Positions 37,094-46,866 of a stretch of DNA of 64,000 nt are shown one piece after another. Location of the stretch: IMG/VR virus record IMGVR_UViG_3300034012_003212, positions 62,001 through 126,000 of that record. One strand, given 5' to 3'. Each line of letters starts with the position of its first letter. The first letter of the stretch is position 1. A program made the translations under genes and the position numbers. Under the pieces are notes generated by a model. That model was not told where the DNA came from. It was given only the letters and a program-made list of their open reading frames with translations, and did no database searches.

Positions 37094-40000
37094 TTACGCC
37101 CGTTCTACTATCACAAGTTGTGGATTGAAATAAACAACGGTTGCCGAATACGCGATACCCAAAACAACAACAGCATTATTAGTTGATGACGGAGCGGTCT
37201 GTGTCATTAATCCACCTGTTGCAGCAGAAAGATATATGAATCCACCAGGAGTCCATGTCCAAGAGTTATTCTGCACAAATGAGTTTGCAAGAACAAAAGT
37301 TTCAGAAGCAGATGCGCTTACAGATGTTGAAGCCAATGCAATAGCGGCAGCTGTACCAACAACATCAGCTTTCGCCTTTGCCATCTGTGATGAACTATTA
37401 ACATAAACAACATCCCATTGTGTTAATGTTTCTGCCGCTGTTAGCGTGACACTTTGACCTGAAAACAGGTTATTACCAGGAGATACAGTGACAGTGGATG
37501 AACCAGCAGAACCTTGAAATCCTTGAATACCTTGGGTTCCTGTGCCTGTATTTCCCTGAAGTCCTTGTAATCCTTGCAACCCCTGGAGACCTTGAAGACC
37601 TTGAGTTCCTGCACCAGTGTTTCCTTGATTACCTTGATTACCTTGAAGACCCTGCAATCCCTGCAATCCCTGAAGACCCTGGGTTCCAGATGAACCTGCA
37701 ACACCTTGTGTTCCCTGGGTTCCTTGAAGACCCTGAAGGCCTTGAAGACCCTGGGTTCCTTCGCCTGTAGCACCTTGAAATCCCTGAAGTCCTTGTGATC
37801 CAACAGAACCTAATGTTGTAACAATATAAGAATAGTGCTGTGTACCTTCTGTATAAAAAGTAACTGTTCTATTAGCATTATCTAAATTATTAACATATAG
37901 ATTTATTATTAGTCTATCCGTAGCATTTAATGATGCGGTTGTAACTACTCCATTATTTTTAACTTCTACTGGAGTGGTATTATTAACAGACCAACCAATC
38001 GCGGAAGTATCTGATGTAAATAATAGTGTAGTAGTAGCGCCATCATACTTTGAAACGGTGAAATAATACTCTAAATCATTATTTTCTGCTTGTTTAGTCC
38101 AATATGAATACATATGCCATATGCCATTTGGTATAATTATAACATTTGGATCATTTGAATTAGTTATCCACCCGGAATCAACAAGTACATTTTGCTGATT
38201 TGCTGTCAAGTTTACAACAACAGTACTTTCGCTGGCAACACTTGTAGTTCTTGATAGTTGTGTATATGGACTCGGGGATTGTGCAACAGAAGAGTTTAGG
38301 AAATAATTGACACCACCGGAAATACCATCAATTCCATAAGATCCTTGTAATCCCTGAAGACCCTGGGTTCCTTGAAGACCTTGCAATCCTTGAAGACCCT
38401 GGGTTCCAGATGAACCTTCAACACCTTGTGTTCCCTGGGTTCCTTGAAGACCTTGCAATCCTTGAAGACCCTGGGTTCCAGATGAACCTTCAACACCTTG
38501 TGTTCCCTGGGTTCCTTGAAGACCTTGCAATCCTTGAAGACCCTGGGTTCCTGCGCCTGTATCACCCTGATTACCTTGGTTTCCCTGATTACCTTGGTTA
38601 CCCTGTAATCCTTGAAGACCTTGAAGACCTTGAAGACCTTGAAGACCTTGGAATCCTTGTGTTCCATTTCCGCTTCCACCAGCAGGACCTTGGTTACCTT
38701 GGTTACCTTGTAATCCCTGAAGACCTTGAACACCTGCGCCTGTAGCACCCTGGTTACCTTGGTTACCTTGTAATCCCTGAAGACCCTGAGTTCCTGTACC
38801 AGTAGCACCCTGATTACCTTGGTTGCCCTGGTTACCTTGGTTACCTTGTAATCCCTGAAGACCTTGGAGACCCTGGAGACCTTGAGTTCCTGTACCAGTA
38901 GCACCCTGATTACCTTGGTTGCCCTGGTTACCTTGGTTACCCTGTAATCCTTGAAGACCTTGAAGACCTTGGAATCCTTGTGTTCCATTTCCGCTTCCAC
39001 CAGCAGGACCTTGGTTACCTTGATTGCCTTGCAATCCTTGAAGACCCTGAAGACCCTGAGTTCCTGCACCTGTGGCACCTTGATTACCTTGATTTCCCTG
39101 TAAGCCCTGAAGACCTTGAGTTCCCAAGCCTGTAGAACCCTGTAATCCCTGAAGACCTTGAAGTCCTTGGGTTCCTGCTCCAGAAGCACCTTGATTTCCC
39201 TGATTACCTTGATTGCCTTGCAATCCTTGAATGCCCTGTACACCTTGAAGACCCTGAAGGCCTTGAACGCCTTGGGTTCCTGCTCCTGTCACACCTTGGT
39301 TACCTTGAAGGCCTTGAGCTCCTGCACCAGTAGATCCTTGATTACCTTGATTACCCTGTGTTCCAGACAATCCTTGAATACCCTGTAAACCCTGCGATCC
39401 TTGAACGCCCTGGGGTCCAAGTTGGGTAAACATAACCTGTTGAACTGTTACTATAACAGAAGGAATCTCGGGTCTATCTGGACTTGTTGCTACACTATTT
39501 TGAGCAAGTATAGAAACGCTTGTATCATCAGCAGACCAATAGAGTTCAACATATTCACCAGCATTCAACGATAACATGAAATTCCATGATGGAACATAAT
39601 ATCCGTTTCCGCCACCTGCTGGTTTTACTATACTAAATTCAGTGTTTGATTGAGAGAGATTTATTCCATTCTTTTTGACCCATATACTTACAGTTGCTGT
39701 ATTATTACCCGTATGCTGATATTGTGCAGAAAATTGTATGTTGTAAACACCAGAATAATTAACCTTTATTCTTGAATTATTCTGTATAAGAACTTCCTTT
39801 GATTCGGCAGTTGAGTTTATGGTAATAGGGTTTGCTACATTTGCGACTAAATTATACTGGGTTGTTGTATCATAAAATGATCCATAATATCCAAGAGCGC
39901 CGCCAGAACCTTGAGCGCCAGTAAAACCCTGGAATCCTTGTAAACCTGCGCCACCAGGACCGCCGTTGGAAGGACCCTGAGGACCGGTGAATCCCTGAAC

Positions 40001-41608
40001 TCCCTGGGGTCCCTGAAATCCTTGAACTCCCTGCAATCCTTGAAGACCCTGGAGACCCTGAAGCCCCTGAACGCCATCGGATCCTTGTGTGCCCCTAGCA
40101 CCCTGAAGACCTTGGGTTCCTGCGCCCTGGTTACCCTGATTTCCTTGCAATCCTTGAAGACCTTGAAGACCTTGAGTTCCTGCACCCTGGTTACCCTGAT
40201 TTCCTTGCAATCCTTGAAGACCTTGAAGACCTTGAAGACCTTGAAGACCTTGAGTTCCTGCGCCCTGGTTACCCTGATTTCCTTGCAATCCTTGAAGACC
40301 TTGAAGACCTTGGGTTCCTGCGCCCTGGTTACCCTGATTTCCTTGCAATCCTTGAAGACCTTGAAGACCTTGAAGACCTTGAAGACCTTGGGTTCCTGCG
40401 CCCTGGTTACCCTGATTTCCTTGCAATCCTTGAAGACCTTGAAGACCTTGAAGACCTTGAAGACCTTGAGTTCCTGCGCCCTGGTTACCCTGATTTCCTT
40501 GAAGACCTTGAGTTCCCTGAATTCCTTGAATACCTTGGGTTCCGGTTAGACCTTGATTTCCTTGATTGCCCTGATTTCCTTGCAATCCTTGAAGACCTTG
40601 AAGACCTTGAGTTCCTGCACCCTGGTTACCCTGATTTCCTTGAAGACCTTGAGTTCCCTGAATTCCTTGAATACCTTGGGTTCCGGTTAGACCTTGATTT
40701 CCTTGATTGCCCTGATTTCCTTGAAGACCTTGAGTTCCCTGAATTCCTTGAATACCTTGGGTTCCGGTTAGACCTTGATTTCCTTGATTGCCCTGAAGAC
40801 CTTGGAGGCCCTGATAACCACGAGCACCAAAATCACCCTGTGATCCAGTAGATCCCTGAAAACCTTGAGCACCCTGAGTTCCATTTGGACCTTGCCTTCC
40901 CTGCAAACCAGCTGAACCAGCTGAACCAGCAGGTCCAGTAGGACCTGCCAAACCAGGTTCTCCTTGGAATCCCTGAAGGCCATACGAACCCTGGGGTCCT
41001 TGCGCACCACCAGGAGAACCAGAAGGACCTGTGGGGCCTGTTACGCCGCCCGTTCCAAAGGGGCCTTCGTATGTGTATGCGGTTATGTATAAATCACCCA
41101 GGGATCCGGTTACTCCAACATCTTCAGGAAGATCCCCATGGAATGTAACAACACCAGAATAATTATTAAGAACCCAATTTCCAAGACCGTGTGGTATTTC
41201 TACATATGTACCACCTACTTTACAATAAAGAGTTGCGGAGTATTCACGGCCAAATACATTATAGTCTATGATGTTCTTTATAGGAACACTAGGATTCTTG
41301 AATGCATATTTACTACCACGCTCAAATGCTAAAGGATGGTAAATCCATTTTTTGATCTCATATGGGCCAGTTCCTGTGTGAGTATAACTTGTTCCTGTAG
41401 GAGAAGACGCACCAGTGGATCCAAGAGGATTATACCCAGAAGGGCCAGATGCAGGAATGTACTCGGCATTCTTCCAGACAAATTCAGGAAAAATTATAGT
41501 TTGACTAACATTGGATTCTTCAAAAGGAAGAATCCTTGTGTTAGTTGAAACTTTCGAAGCACTTACCTGCTTAAATGATATATCGCTTTTATCTTCTGGT
41601 GTAATCAT
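37094..41608 (-). CDS. Collagen-like fibre protein: three G-X-Q tracts, a C1q/BclA-like domain and a C-terminal cement-like domain
   Basis: Hundreds of GLQ/GNQ/GTQ triplets; YYGSFYDTTTQ...SGVYNIQFSAQ domain. Start MITPEDK (41608) chosen by paralogy with upstream genes and the adjacent AATATATA. Confidence 0.85.
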   Translation of the reverse strand: MITPEDKSDISFKQVSASKVSTNTRILPFEESNVSQTIIFPEFVWKNAEYIPASGPSGYNPLGSTGASSPTGTSYTHTGTGPYEIKKWIYHPLAFERGSKYAFKNPSVPIKNIIDYNVFGREYSATLYCKVGGTYVEIPHGLGNWVLNNYSGVVTFHGDLPEDVGVTGSLGDLYITAYTYEGPFGTGGVTGPTGPSGSPGGAQGPQGSYGLQGFQGEPGLAGPTGPAGSAGSAGLQGRQGPNGTQGAQGFQGSTGSQGDFGARGYQGLQGLQGNQGNQGLTGTQGIQGIQGTQGLQGNQGNQGNQGLTGTQGIQGIQGTQGLQGNQGNQGAGTQGLQGLQGLQGNQGNQGNQGLTGTQGIQGIQGTQGLQGNQGNQGAGTQGLQGLQGLQGLQGLQGNQGNQGAGTQGLQGLQGLQGLQGLQGNQGNQGAGTQGLQGLQGLQGNQGNQGAGTQGLQGLQGLQGLQGLQGNQGNQGAGTQGLQGLQGLQGNQGNQGAGTQGLQGARGTQGSDGVQGLQGLQGLQGLQGVQGFQGPQGVQGFTGPQGPSNGGPGGAGLQGFQGFTGAQGSGGALGYYGSFYDTTTQYNLVANVANPITINSTAESKEVLIQNNSRIKVNYSGVYNIQFSAQYQHTGNNTATVSIWVKKNGINLSQSNTEFSIVKPAGGGNGYYVPSWNFMLSLNAGEYVELYWSADDTSVSILAQNSVATSPDRPEIPSVIVTVQQVMFTQLGPQGVQGSQGLQGIQGLSGTQGNQGNQGSTGAGAQGLQGNQGVTGAGTQGVQGLQGLQGVQGIQGLQGNQGNQGNQGASGAGTQGLQGLQGLQGSTGLGTQGLQGLQGNQGNQGATGAGTQGLQGLQGLQGNQGNQGPAGGSGNGTQGFQGLQGLQGLQGNQGNQGNQGNQGATGTGTQGLQGLQGLQGLQGNQGNQGNQGNQGATGTGTQGLQGLQGNQGNQGATGAGVQGLQGLQGNQGNQGPAGGSGNGTQGFQGLQGLQGLQGLQGLQGNQGNQGNQGNQGDTGAGTQGLQGLQGLQGTQGTQGVEGSSGTQGLQGLQGLQGTQGTQGVEGSSGTQGLQGLQGLQGTQGLQGLQGSYGIDGISGGVNYFLNSSVAQSPSPYTQLSRTTSVASESTVVVNLTANQQNVLVDSGWITNSNDPNVIIIPNGIWHMYSYWTKQAENNDLEYYFTVSKYDGATTTLLFTSDTSAIGWSVNNTTPVEVKNNGVVTTASLNATDRLIINLYVNNLDNANRTVTFYTEGTQHYSYIVTTLGSVGSQGLQGFQGATGEGTQGLQGLQGLQGTQGTQGVAGSSGTQGLQGLQGLQGLQGNQGNQGNTGAGTQGLQGLQGLQGLQGLQGNTGTGTQGIQGFQGSAGSSTVTVSPGNNLFSGQSVTLTAAETLTQWDVVYVNSSSQMAKAKADVVGTAAAIALASTSVSASASETFVLANSFVQNNSWTWTPGGFIYLSAATGGLMTQTAPSSTNNAVVVLGIAYSATVVYFNPQLVIVERA
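37510..41040 (-). repeat. Hierarchical 9-nt tandem repeats (CAAGGTCTT-like) encoding collagen triplets, in three tracts
   Basis: Near-identical ccttgaaga units and higher-order blocks, e.g. GLQGNQGNQGAGTQ repeated in 40080-40800. Confidence 0.95.
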
Positions 41609-41612
41609 GCTC

Positions 41613-43226
41613 TTATATATTTTCTTTAGCAACAAAAGAATTTACTTCCTGAATAATACCTTCAAAAACTATTATCGGAGACGAATCATATGATACATTA
41701 TGACACACATCGTAAAAAAGGGTGTCCACTGGATAGTCATACTGATTGACGGTTCCTGATTCTGCTGTATCATACATTGAAGAAGAAACTATGCCCACCT
41801 TTAATCCATGCTGAACAGAAGAACTACCTGTATATGCTATGATATCAGATGAATTGGAAATGACGCGCGAGTTTCGAATCAATAGAGATGGGTTTGACAT
41901 GCCATAACTAGAAGGCACTCCACTATCATCTGCTGATATGATGTCTATTACTGTTTGATTCTCATTTTCTCCTGTAAAATGACATGCTTCGAACCTCACA
42001 CTGGATAATTCATCCATCTCAATAGTTCCTCTTATGCATGATCTTGTAAAAATTGCAAGAGATGAGTAGCAAATGATATTATTTACCGTTGAGTCTGTTA
42101 GCATGAGCCTAGATACGTCAGTCAGTCCTGTTGTTATCATTTCAATATCATGAATCTTTCCTCCGTTGACTTGGAGTGACGAATCTGATAATGATATGGT
42201 TCCATCATTGAATGAAAAATCATTTCCACATAATTCGATTTTAGATCCATCTGTGAAAGATATGTGAGATGCACCCCCATCAAAACTCACAGTAACATGC
42301 CCTATGAAGGTCATTCTGAGTTGTGCGGAAGCTGCACAATCAATGGAGTCTTCTAACACGTAATCACCTGGATAGATTATCATTGAAGACGCTCCAGTTA
42401 TATCTATGTAATCAAATGCATGCTGTAGGTTACTAGCAAGATTTGATATGTTAGGAAATCCAGGAGAAACGAAAACAGTAGATGCCGGATACGAAAAACT
42501 TTCTCTGAATTGCTCTGCCCCAAACGGAAGCCAAAAAGGAGCATCCACTGGGCTCCTGTCATTAAAGTCGACGCTGGAAAAATAGAATTTTCCTTCATAT
42601 TTAACAACATTCCACCTAGAATACGATGAATCTACGTCCCATGAACCCCTGTACCTAAAGGATCCGGGTTTTGTGGGTCCCGTGTCTCCGGTTTGACCAG
42701 TAGGACCTGTTGGCCCCGTGGGCCCAACGTCAGGAAATGAAGGAAACTGGGAGAGCGTGTTGAATCCTTTATCCCCTTCATATCTTATAAATGATATGTA
42801 TACTCTATTTTTATCATAAAGTCCTTTTAGTCCATTGGTGAGTATGAGGACCCCGGAATCTGAATCAAAAAATACATCGCCCTGAGAATATGGCATTTCT
42901 ATATAATTGCCTTGATTCGTGCGATTGAAGAATTGTACTCTATACGATGGATCAAAACCGGAATCAAAACAGACAACATCGTACACTTCACTTGATGTGA
43001 ATGCGTATTTATCCGAAGACATTCTTCTCATCTCAACATACTGCAACTTTTTCAGTATTGCCTTTCCCTTTGAGTTGCGGAAAAAACCATCCTGATCAAA
43101 CGATGGTGCATTCGATGGAATATCAGAACCGTCCCTCCATATTTGCGAGTTGAAAACGGACTCACTATTAGGGCTAACAATAGCGTATTTAGAATACAGT
43201 ATGTCTATCTTTTCTTGATCTGTCAT
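41613..43226 (-). CDS. Fibre/spike paralog with the shared N-terminal anchor domain
   Basis: MTDQEKIDILYSKY...DSDSGVL...RYEG; GPTGP linker; YRGSWD..YSRWNVVKYEG small carbohydrate-binding-like module; beta-helix-like C-terminus. Confidence 0.7.
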   Translation of the reverse strand: MTDQEKIDILYSKYAIVSPNSESVFNSQIWRDGSDIPSNAPSFDQDGFFRNSKGKAILKKLQYVEMRRMSSDKYAFTSSEVYDVVCFDSGFDPSYRVQFFNRTNQGNYIEMPYSQGDVFFDSDSGVLILTNGLKGLYDKNRVYISFIRYEGDKGFNTLSQFPSFPDVGPTGPTGPTGQTGDTGPTKPGSFRYRGSWDVDSSYSRWNVVKYEGKFYFSSVDFNDRSPVDAPFWLPFGAEQFRESFSYPASTVFVSPGFPNISNLASNLQHAFDYIDITGASSMIIYPGDYVLEDSIDCAASAQLRMTFIGHVTVSFDGGASHISFTDGSKIELCGNDFSFNDGTISLSDSSLQVNGGKIHDIEMITTGLTDVSRLMLTDSTVNNIICYSSLAIFTRSCIRGTIEMDELSSVRFEACHFTGENENQTVIDIISADDSGVPSSYGMSNPSLLIRNSRVISNSSDIIAYTGSSSVQHGLKVGIVSSSMYDTAESGTVNQYDYPVDTLFYDVCHNVSYDSSPIIVFEGIIQEVNSFVAKENI

Positions 43227-43228
43227 TT

Positions 43229-45070
43229 TTAGAGGTTGAAGTAAAAACAGGAATTTTGTCGAGCATCTGAGGACGAAAATTCTGTCTGAGATTCTAGAAA
43301 ATCTGCGAGGGCCTGATTGATTGTTGTCGTACCAATCCTCGTGAACATAGAATCAATTGATGGTGCATATGTACTAGGCATAACGCATGATCCGTATGTG
43401 GTTATATCTGAATAATCAGGAACATTAAATGAACTGTTGGGGCATGTTAATGTACTGTTTATTATGCTGATCTTTACGCGATACCTGTTACTGTTTGAAT
43501 CAGAGAACTCATATGGCCTCACAGGGAAAGTTATTCCAGCATATGCATATGACTGTCTGGTTTCAATAAAAGAACAGCGAACAAATATTAATTCAACATT
43601 GGAATACCTTCCACTATAGTCAAGGATGATATTAGTATCTATTAGTTCGCAATCAGTAAACATATGAACAACCCTATCCCTGTACTGTAGCGTAGATAGT
43701 GCGCCAGAATTCATTGATTGGTCTCCTACGCGTATTGTAGAATTCCAAAATGAGGATGAATCGATCTGAGATTTACCGTAGAGGTTGATGTTCGCATCCT
43801 GATAGTATGATTTATCGGACTTAAAAGAAACATCCTTTCCATCAAAAGAGATTCCATATGGATCAGCATAGAAGTTTAATGTCATTGATGAAGACACTGG
43901 CTCTATGATTTTTGAATTATTTATTTCCAGCGAACACCTTGAATCTATAACTGAATCATTTGTGTATAGTCCATCTATAGAAAAAATTCGATTACCTCCT
44001 GACATAAGTCCATAGTACGAATCATCTTCCATTCTTAACGGAGAATAGAAATTAATCCTTGTCGAATACGGCTGTGCTATATCGACGTAATAGAACATGT
44101 TAGTTGGTGCATCAAAAACATGTAGTGTTTGATCACAGTTCTTGTATTTATAGAAAAAATCACCTGGATATGTTGAAGTTGTTATACCTTCATAGAAATC
44201 CTGCAACTCTTGGAAATAAGGGACAGTTCCTATAGAAAAGCTAGAATCAAAATATTGTTCACAGTATGTTTTTATGAACCCATCCTGCAACTCGTTATAT
44301 GTTATTGAATCGAAGTACGTCGGCGTGAGTGAAGTAGGCCCCGTCGACCCTGTCTTCTTTACATATAATATCCCATTTTGCTCCACGATGTCATCCACTG
44401 CATACGCTGTAAGCGCATTGTATGATCCAGACCAGTTCATGGATTCCGTCTCAAAATTTCCTGTATCACCCTTAGGCCCAGTCGGACCCGATGGACCTGT
44501 TATCGTATCAGGAGAAAGCCCGTATGCACTCTTCTTTCCAACGTACCTATAAGCCGTGATGGCAGGAGGCTGGAACTGAGGGGATTTCATCTGCTTCGGA
44601 AATCCATCAAGAAATACTAAACACCCGGTTTCATAATCAAAGGACCATGGGTATTCACTAGGACTTATACGGTCTATGTAAACATTACTCTTCGCATTGA
44701 GAATGAAAACCTCAGGAGAAAAGCTTATGTGATGTGATGGAGATATGATATCTACTACTGCATCATCATTAGACGGATCGCTGGGATCATAGAATGCATA
44801 TGTTCCGCGTATCCATGTGAGCGTCTTCTTTACTATCTTTCGTATTACAGGGGAATTTGCATTCGTCCACTCTGACAGATTTACCGGACTGTTTATTAGT
44901 GGATTTTTTCCATACGGAAGATTCTGTAGATCAACGTATAGCTGATCGGGCAGAATAAATGGTGGATTGAATCCAAGGTTTGTATACGATTCTTGACCGG
45001 TCAAATCCATCATGATGGATTTATGACCGTACTTTTTTATGAGAATCGATATTTTTTCGGATTGCGTCAT
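43229..45070 (-). CDS. Fibre/spike paralog with the shared N-terminal anchor domain
   Basis: MTQSEKISILIKKY...DYETGCLVF...YRYVG; GPSGPTGP; start at 45070 overlaps the upstream stop (ATGA). Confidence 0.7.
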   Translation of the reverse strand: MTQSEKISILIKKYGHKSIMMDLTGQESYTNLGFNPPFILPDQLYVDLQNLPYGKNPLINSPVNLSEWTNANSPVIRKIVKKTLTWIRGTYAFYDPSDPSNDDAVVDIISPSHHISFSPEVFILNAKSNVYIDRISPSEYPWSFDYETGCLVFLDGFPKQMKSPQFQPPAITAYRYVGKKSAYGLSPDTITGPSGPTGPKGDTGNFETESMNWSGSYNALTAYAVDDIVEQNGILYVKKTGSTGPTSLTPTYFDSITYNELQDGFIKTYCEQYFDSSFSIGTVPYFQELQDFYEGITTSTYPGDFFYKYKNCDQTLHVFDAPTNMFYYVDIAQPYSTRINFYSPLRMEDDSYYGLMSGGNRIFSIDGLYTNDSVIDSRCSLEINNSKIIEPVSSSMTLNFYADPYGISFDGKDVSFKSDKSYYQDANINLYGKSQIDSSSFWNSTIRVGDQSMNSGALSTLQYRDRVVHMFTDCELIDTNIILDYSGRYSNVELIFVRCSFIETRQSYAYAGITFPVRPYEFSDSNSNRYRVKISIINSTLTCPNSSFNVPDYSDITTYGSCVMPSTYAPSIDSMFTRIGTTTINQALADFLESQTEFSSSDARQNSCFYFNL

Positions 45071-46866
45071 ATAGAAAGTATGTTCCACTGCGTAGCCATG
45101 CTGAAGTAACTGTCTATTGGCTTAGGATTGCTTGATGCCGGCGAATCCCATTCAACGGACCTCTTTGAAAATTCTTGTGTTAATATCAGGTCAATATTAG
45201 AAATAGGCCTGTATTCGATGATTCGGTCCGTAGTCGTATTATCAAAATTCAAATTATTCCCTCCTACTACAACAAGTCTTGCTGATTGGTTTGTTGACTG
45301 CGCGTCGAGCCTCACTTCAAAAAATATGGAATTATCGGAATACACATAGAATGTGTCGTATGAAATAGATTGTGTCTCCGGTAAAATTTTAACACAAAGT
45401 GATGGCAAAAGACTATTGAATGTTTGAACATAGAATGAGTTAAAATCATCCCTACGAGCAAGAATGATAACATCCTTAGGTTCTGTCGCCAGGCGGCCGT
45501 CCCCCATCCTGTTAAAAAACTTTGTATTTCTTATAGTTAATTCATGAGTTTTTCCTACATCAGAAATGCTGGATGCATCAAGTGTTATTGCGCAAAAAGC
45601 GAGAGAAGAGTCGAACTTTATGATAGAATTTGAAACGATGCAAAGAGGGTTAACATGGCTTCTATCAAAGTGAAGTGTTGCATCATAAGTAGATCCAGAT
45701 GTAGCTATTACTCTGTTACTATTTATTCTACAATTTATGAATTTCAAAGATGCATTTTGCATTTCTGCGGAAACAGTGATGTTATTTTCTATTGGATACA
45801 GAGTGTAAACTTTATCACCTCCTATTCTTGCATTTTCCACAACAACTTCGGAGTCAACAACGGAAAATGAAAAATCAACAGAAGTCGGAGTATCATTAAA
45901 AACGCTTGCGTACTTTTTAAAGATAAGGTTTATTTTTTTACCGCCGCTTATGAGAAATGATCCACCGAGCGGGGCTTCATTACTCATCTGATTTACCATG
46001 ATTGTTGTCCATATTCCGTTCTCGCAAGAATCTATGGCATCCTGTAATGCGGTGTAATGAGTCCCTCCGGATACAAAGAAATCACCAGTAGGAACGAGTG
46101 TTGCATCGCTCACATAGAGAACCCTGCTGGGCATGTAACCAGAATTCCCTGATGGAGATATGCATTCCCAAAAAGATGGGACATCATCGGGACTTCCATC
46201 AGTATCCTGCAGACACACGTAACTATTGCCATCTACCGTGTAGGTGATGACGTCATTAGTATGATATTGAGTGCCCGAAACAGAGAAATCAGTGGAGCCC
46301 CTGTAAATCATCGTGCTAGTATCCTTAGGGCCATTGGGCCCGGTTGGTCCAGCAACGCCACGCTGACCGATCCTATTGTATGTCTGTATCGCTCCGAGTG
46401 TTCTACCAGTGTATGAATAGTAATTTGCAACCGGAGGGAGATCCATGGACACATCAAATGGTTCACTATCATCAAACGTGATCAAACCTGATTCATAATC
46501 GACGTAAAAGGGGAAATCAATAGGATCTATTATCCTTCCCTCTTGTGTCTTTAATACTATGCCATATCCATTTCCATAACTCGCAGGAATTATTTTTCCA
46601 TACGAAAGCTTATAGCTCTTCCCATTTAATGACGCAGCGCTTGACAGATCATCCTTCACGTACTTTAACGTCAGAACTCCATTGAATGTGATATCATCCA
46701 ATGGGGCTTCTGACGGAATTGCATCGCTATTAACGTATACGTACGGAGAAGGGACCTGGCGAAATCTGGAGAATGGTTCCTCAAATGGAACTATTCCATC
46801 TTTCGTCCTGGCCTTCGAGTGCACGAGTTTCTTGTACACTATGTCAAGTTTTTGTTCGCTTATCAT
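45067..46866 (-). CDS. Fibre/spike paralog with the shared N-terminal anchor domain
   Basis: MISEQKLDIVYKKL...DYESGLITF...YSYTG; GPTGP; YRGSTD..YHTNDVITY; YTALQDAIDS. Confidence 0.7.
   Translation of the reverse strand: MISEQKLDIVYKKLVHSKARTKDGIVPFEEPFSRFRQVPSPYVYVNSDAIPSEAPLDDITFNGVLTLKYVKDDLSSAASLNGKSYKLSYGKIIPASYGNGYGIVLKTQEGRIIDPIDFPFYVDYESGLITFDDSEPFDVSMDLPPVANYYSYTGRTLGAIQTYNRIGQRGVAGPTGPNGPKDTSTMIYRGSTDFSVSGTQYHTNDVITYTVDGNSYVCLQDTDGSPDDVPSFWECISPSGNSGYMPSRVLYVSDATLVPTGDFFVSGGTHYTALQDAIDSCENGIWTTIMVNQMSNEAPLGGSFLISGGKKINLIFKKYASVFNDTPTSVDFSFSVVDSEVVVENARIGGDKVYTLYPIENNITVSAEMQNASLKFINCRINSNRVIATSGSTYDATLHFDRSHVNPLCIVSNSIIKFDSSLAFCAITLDASSISDVGKTHELTIRNTKFFNRMGDGRLATEPKDVIILARRDDFNSFYVQTFNSLLPSLCVKILPETQSISYDTFYVYSDNSIFFEVRLDAQSTNQSARLVVVGGNNLNFDNTTTDRIIEYRPISNIDLILTQEFSKRSVEWDSPASSNPKPIDSYFSMATQWNILSI

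Noticed and set aside
38296-41010. Long alternative-frame and antisense ORFs over the collagen gene (e.g. 38296-39243, 40022-40549)
   Set aside because: These are shadows of a stop-poor repeat; the other short antisense ORFs in the track likewise overlap well-supported genes.
37510-41040. CRISPR array or non-coding satellite
   Set aside because: The repeats are in-frame 9-nt multiples encoding G-X-Q collagen, with no unique spacers.
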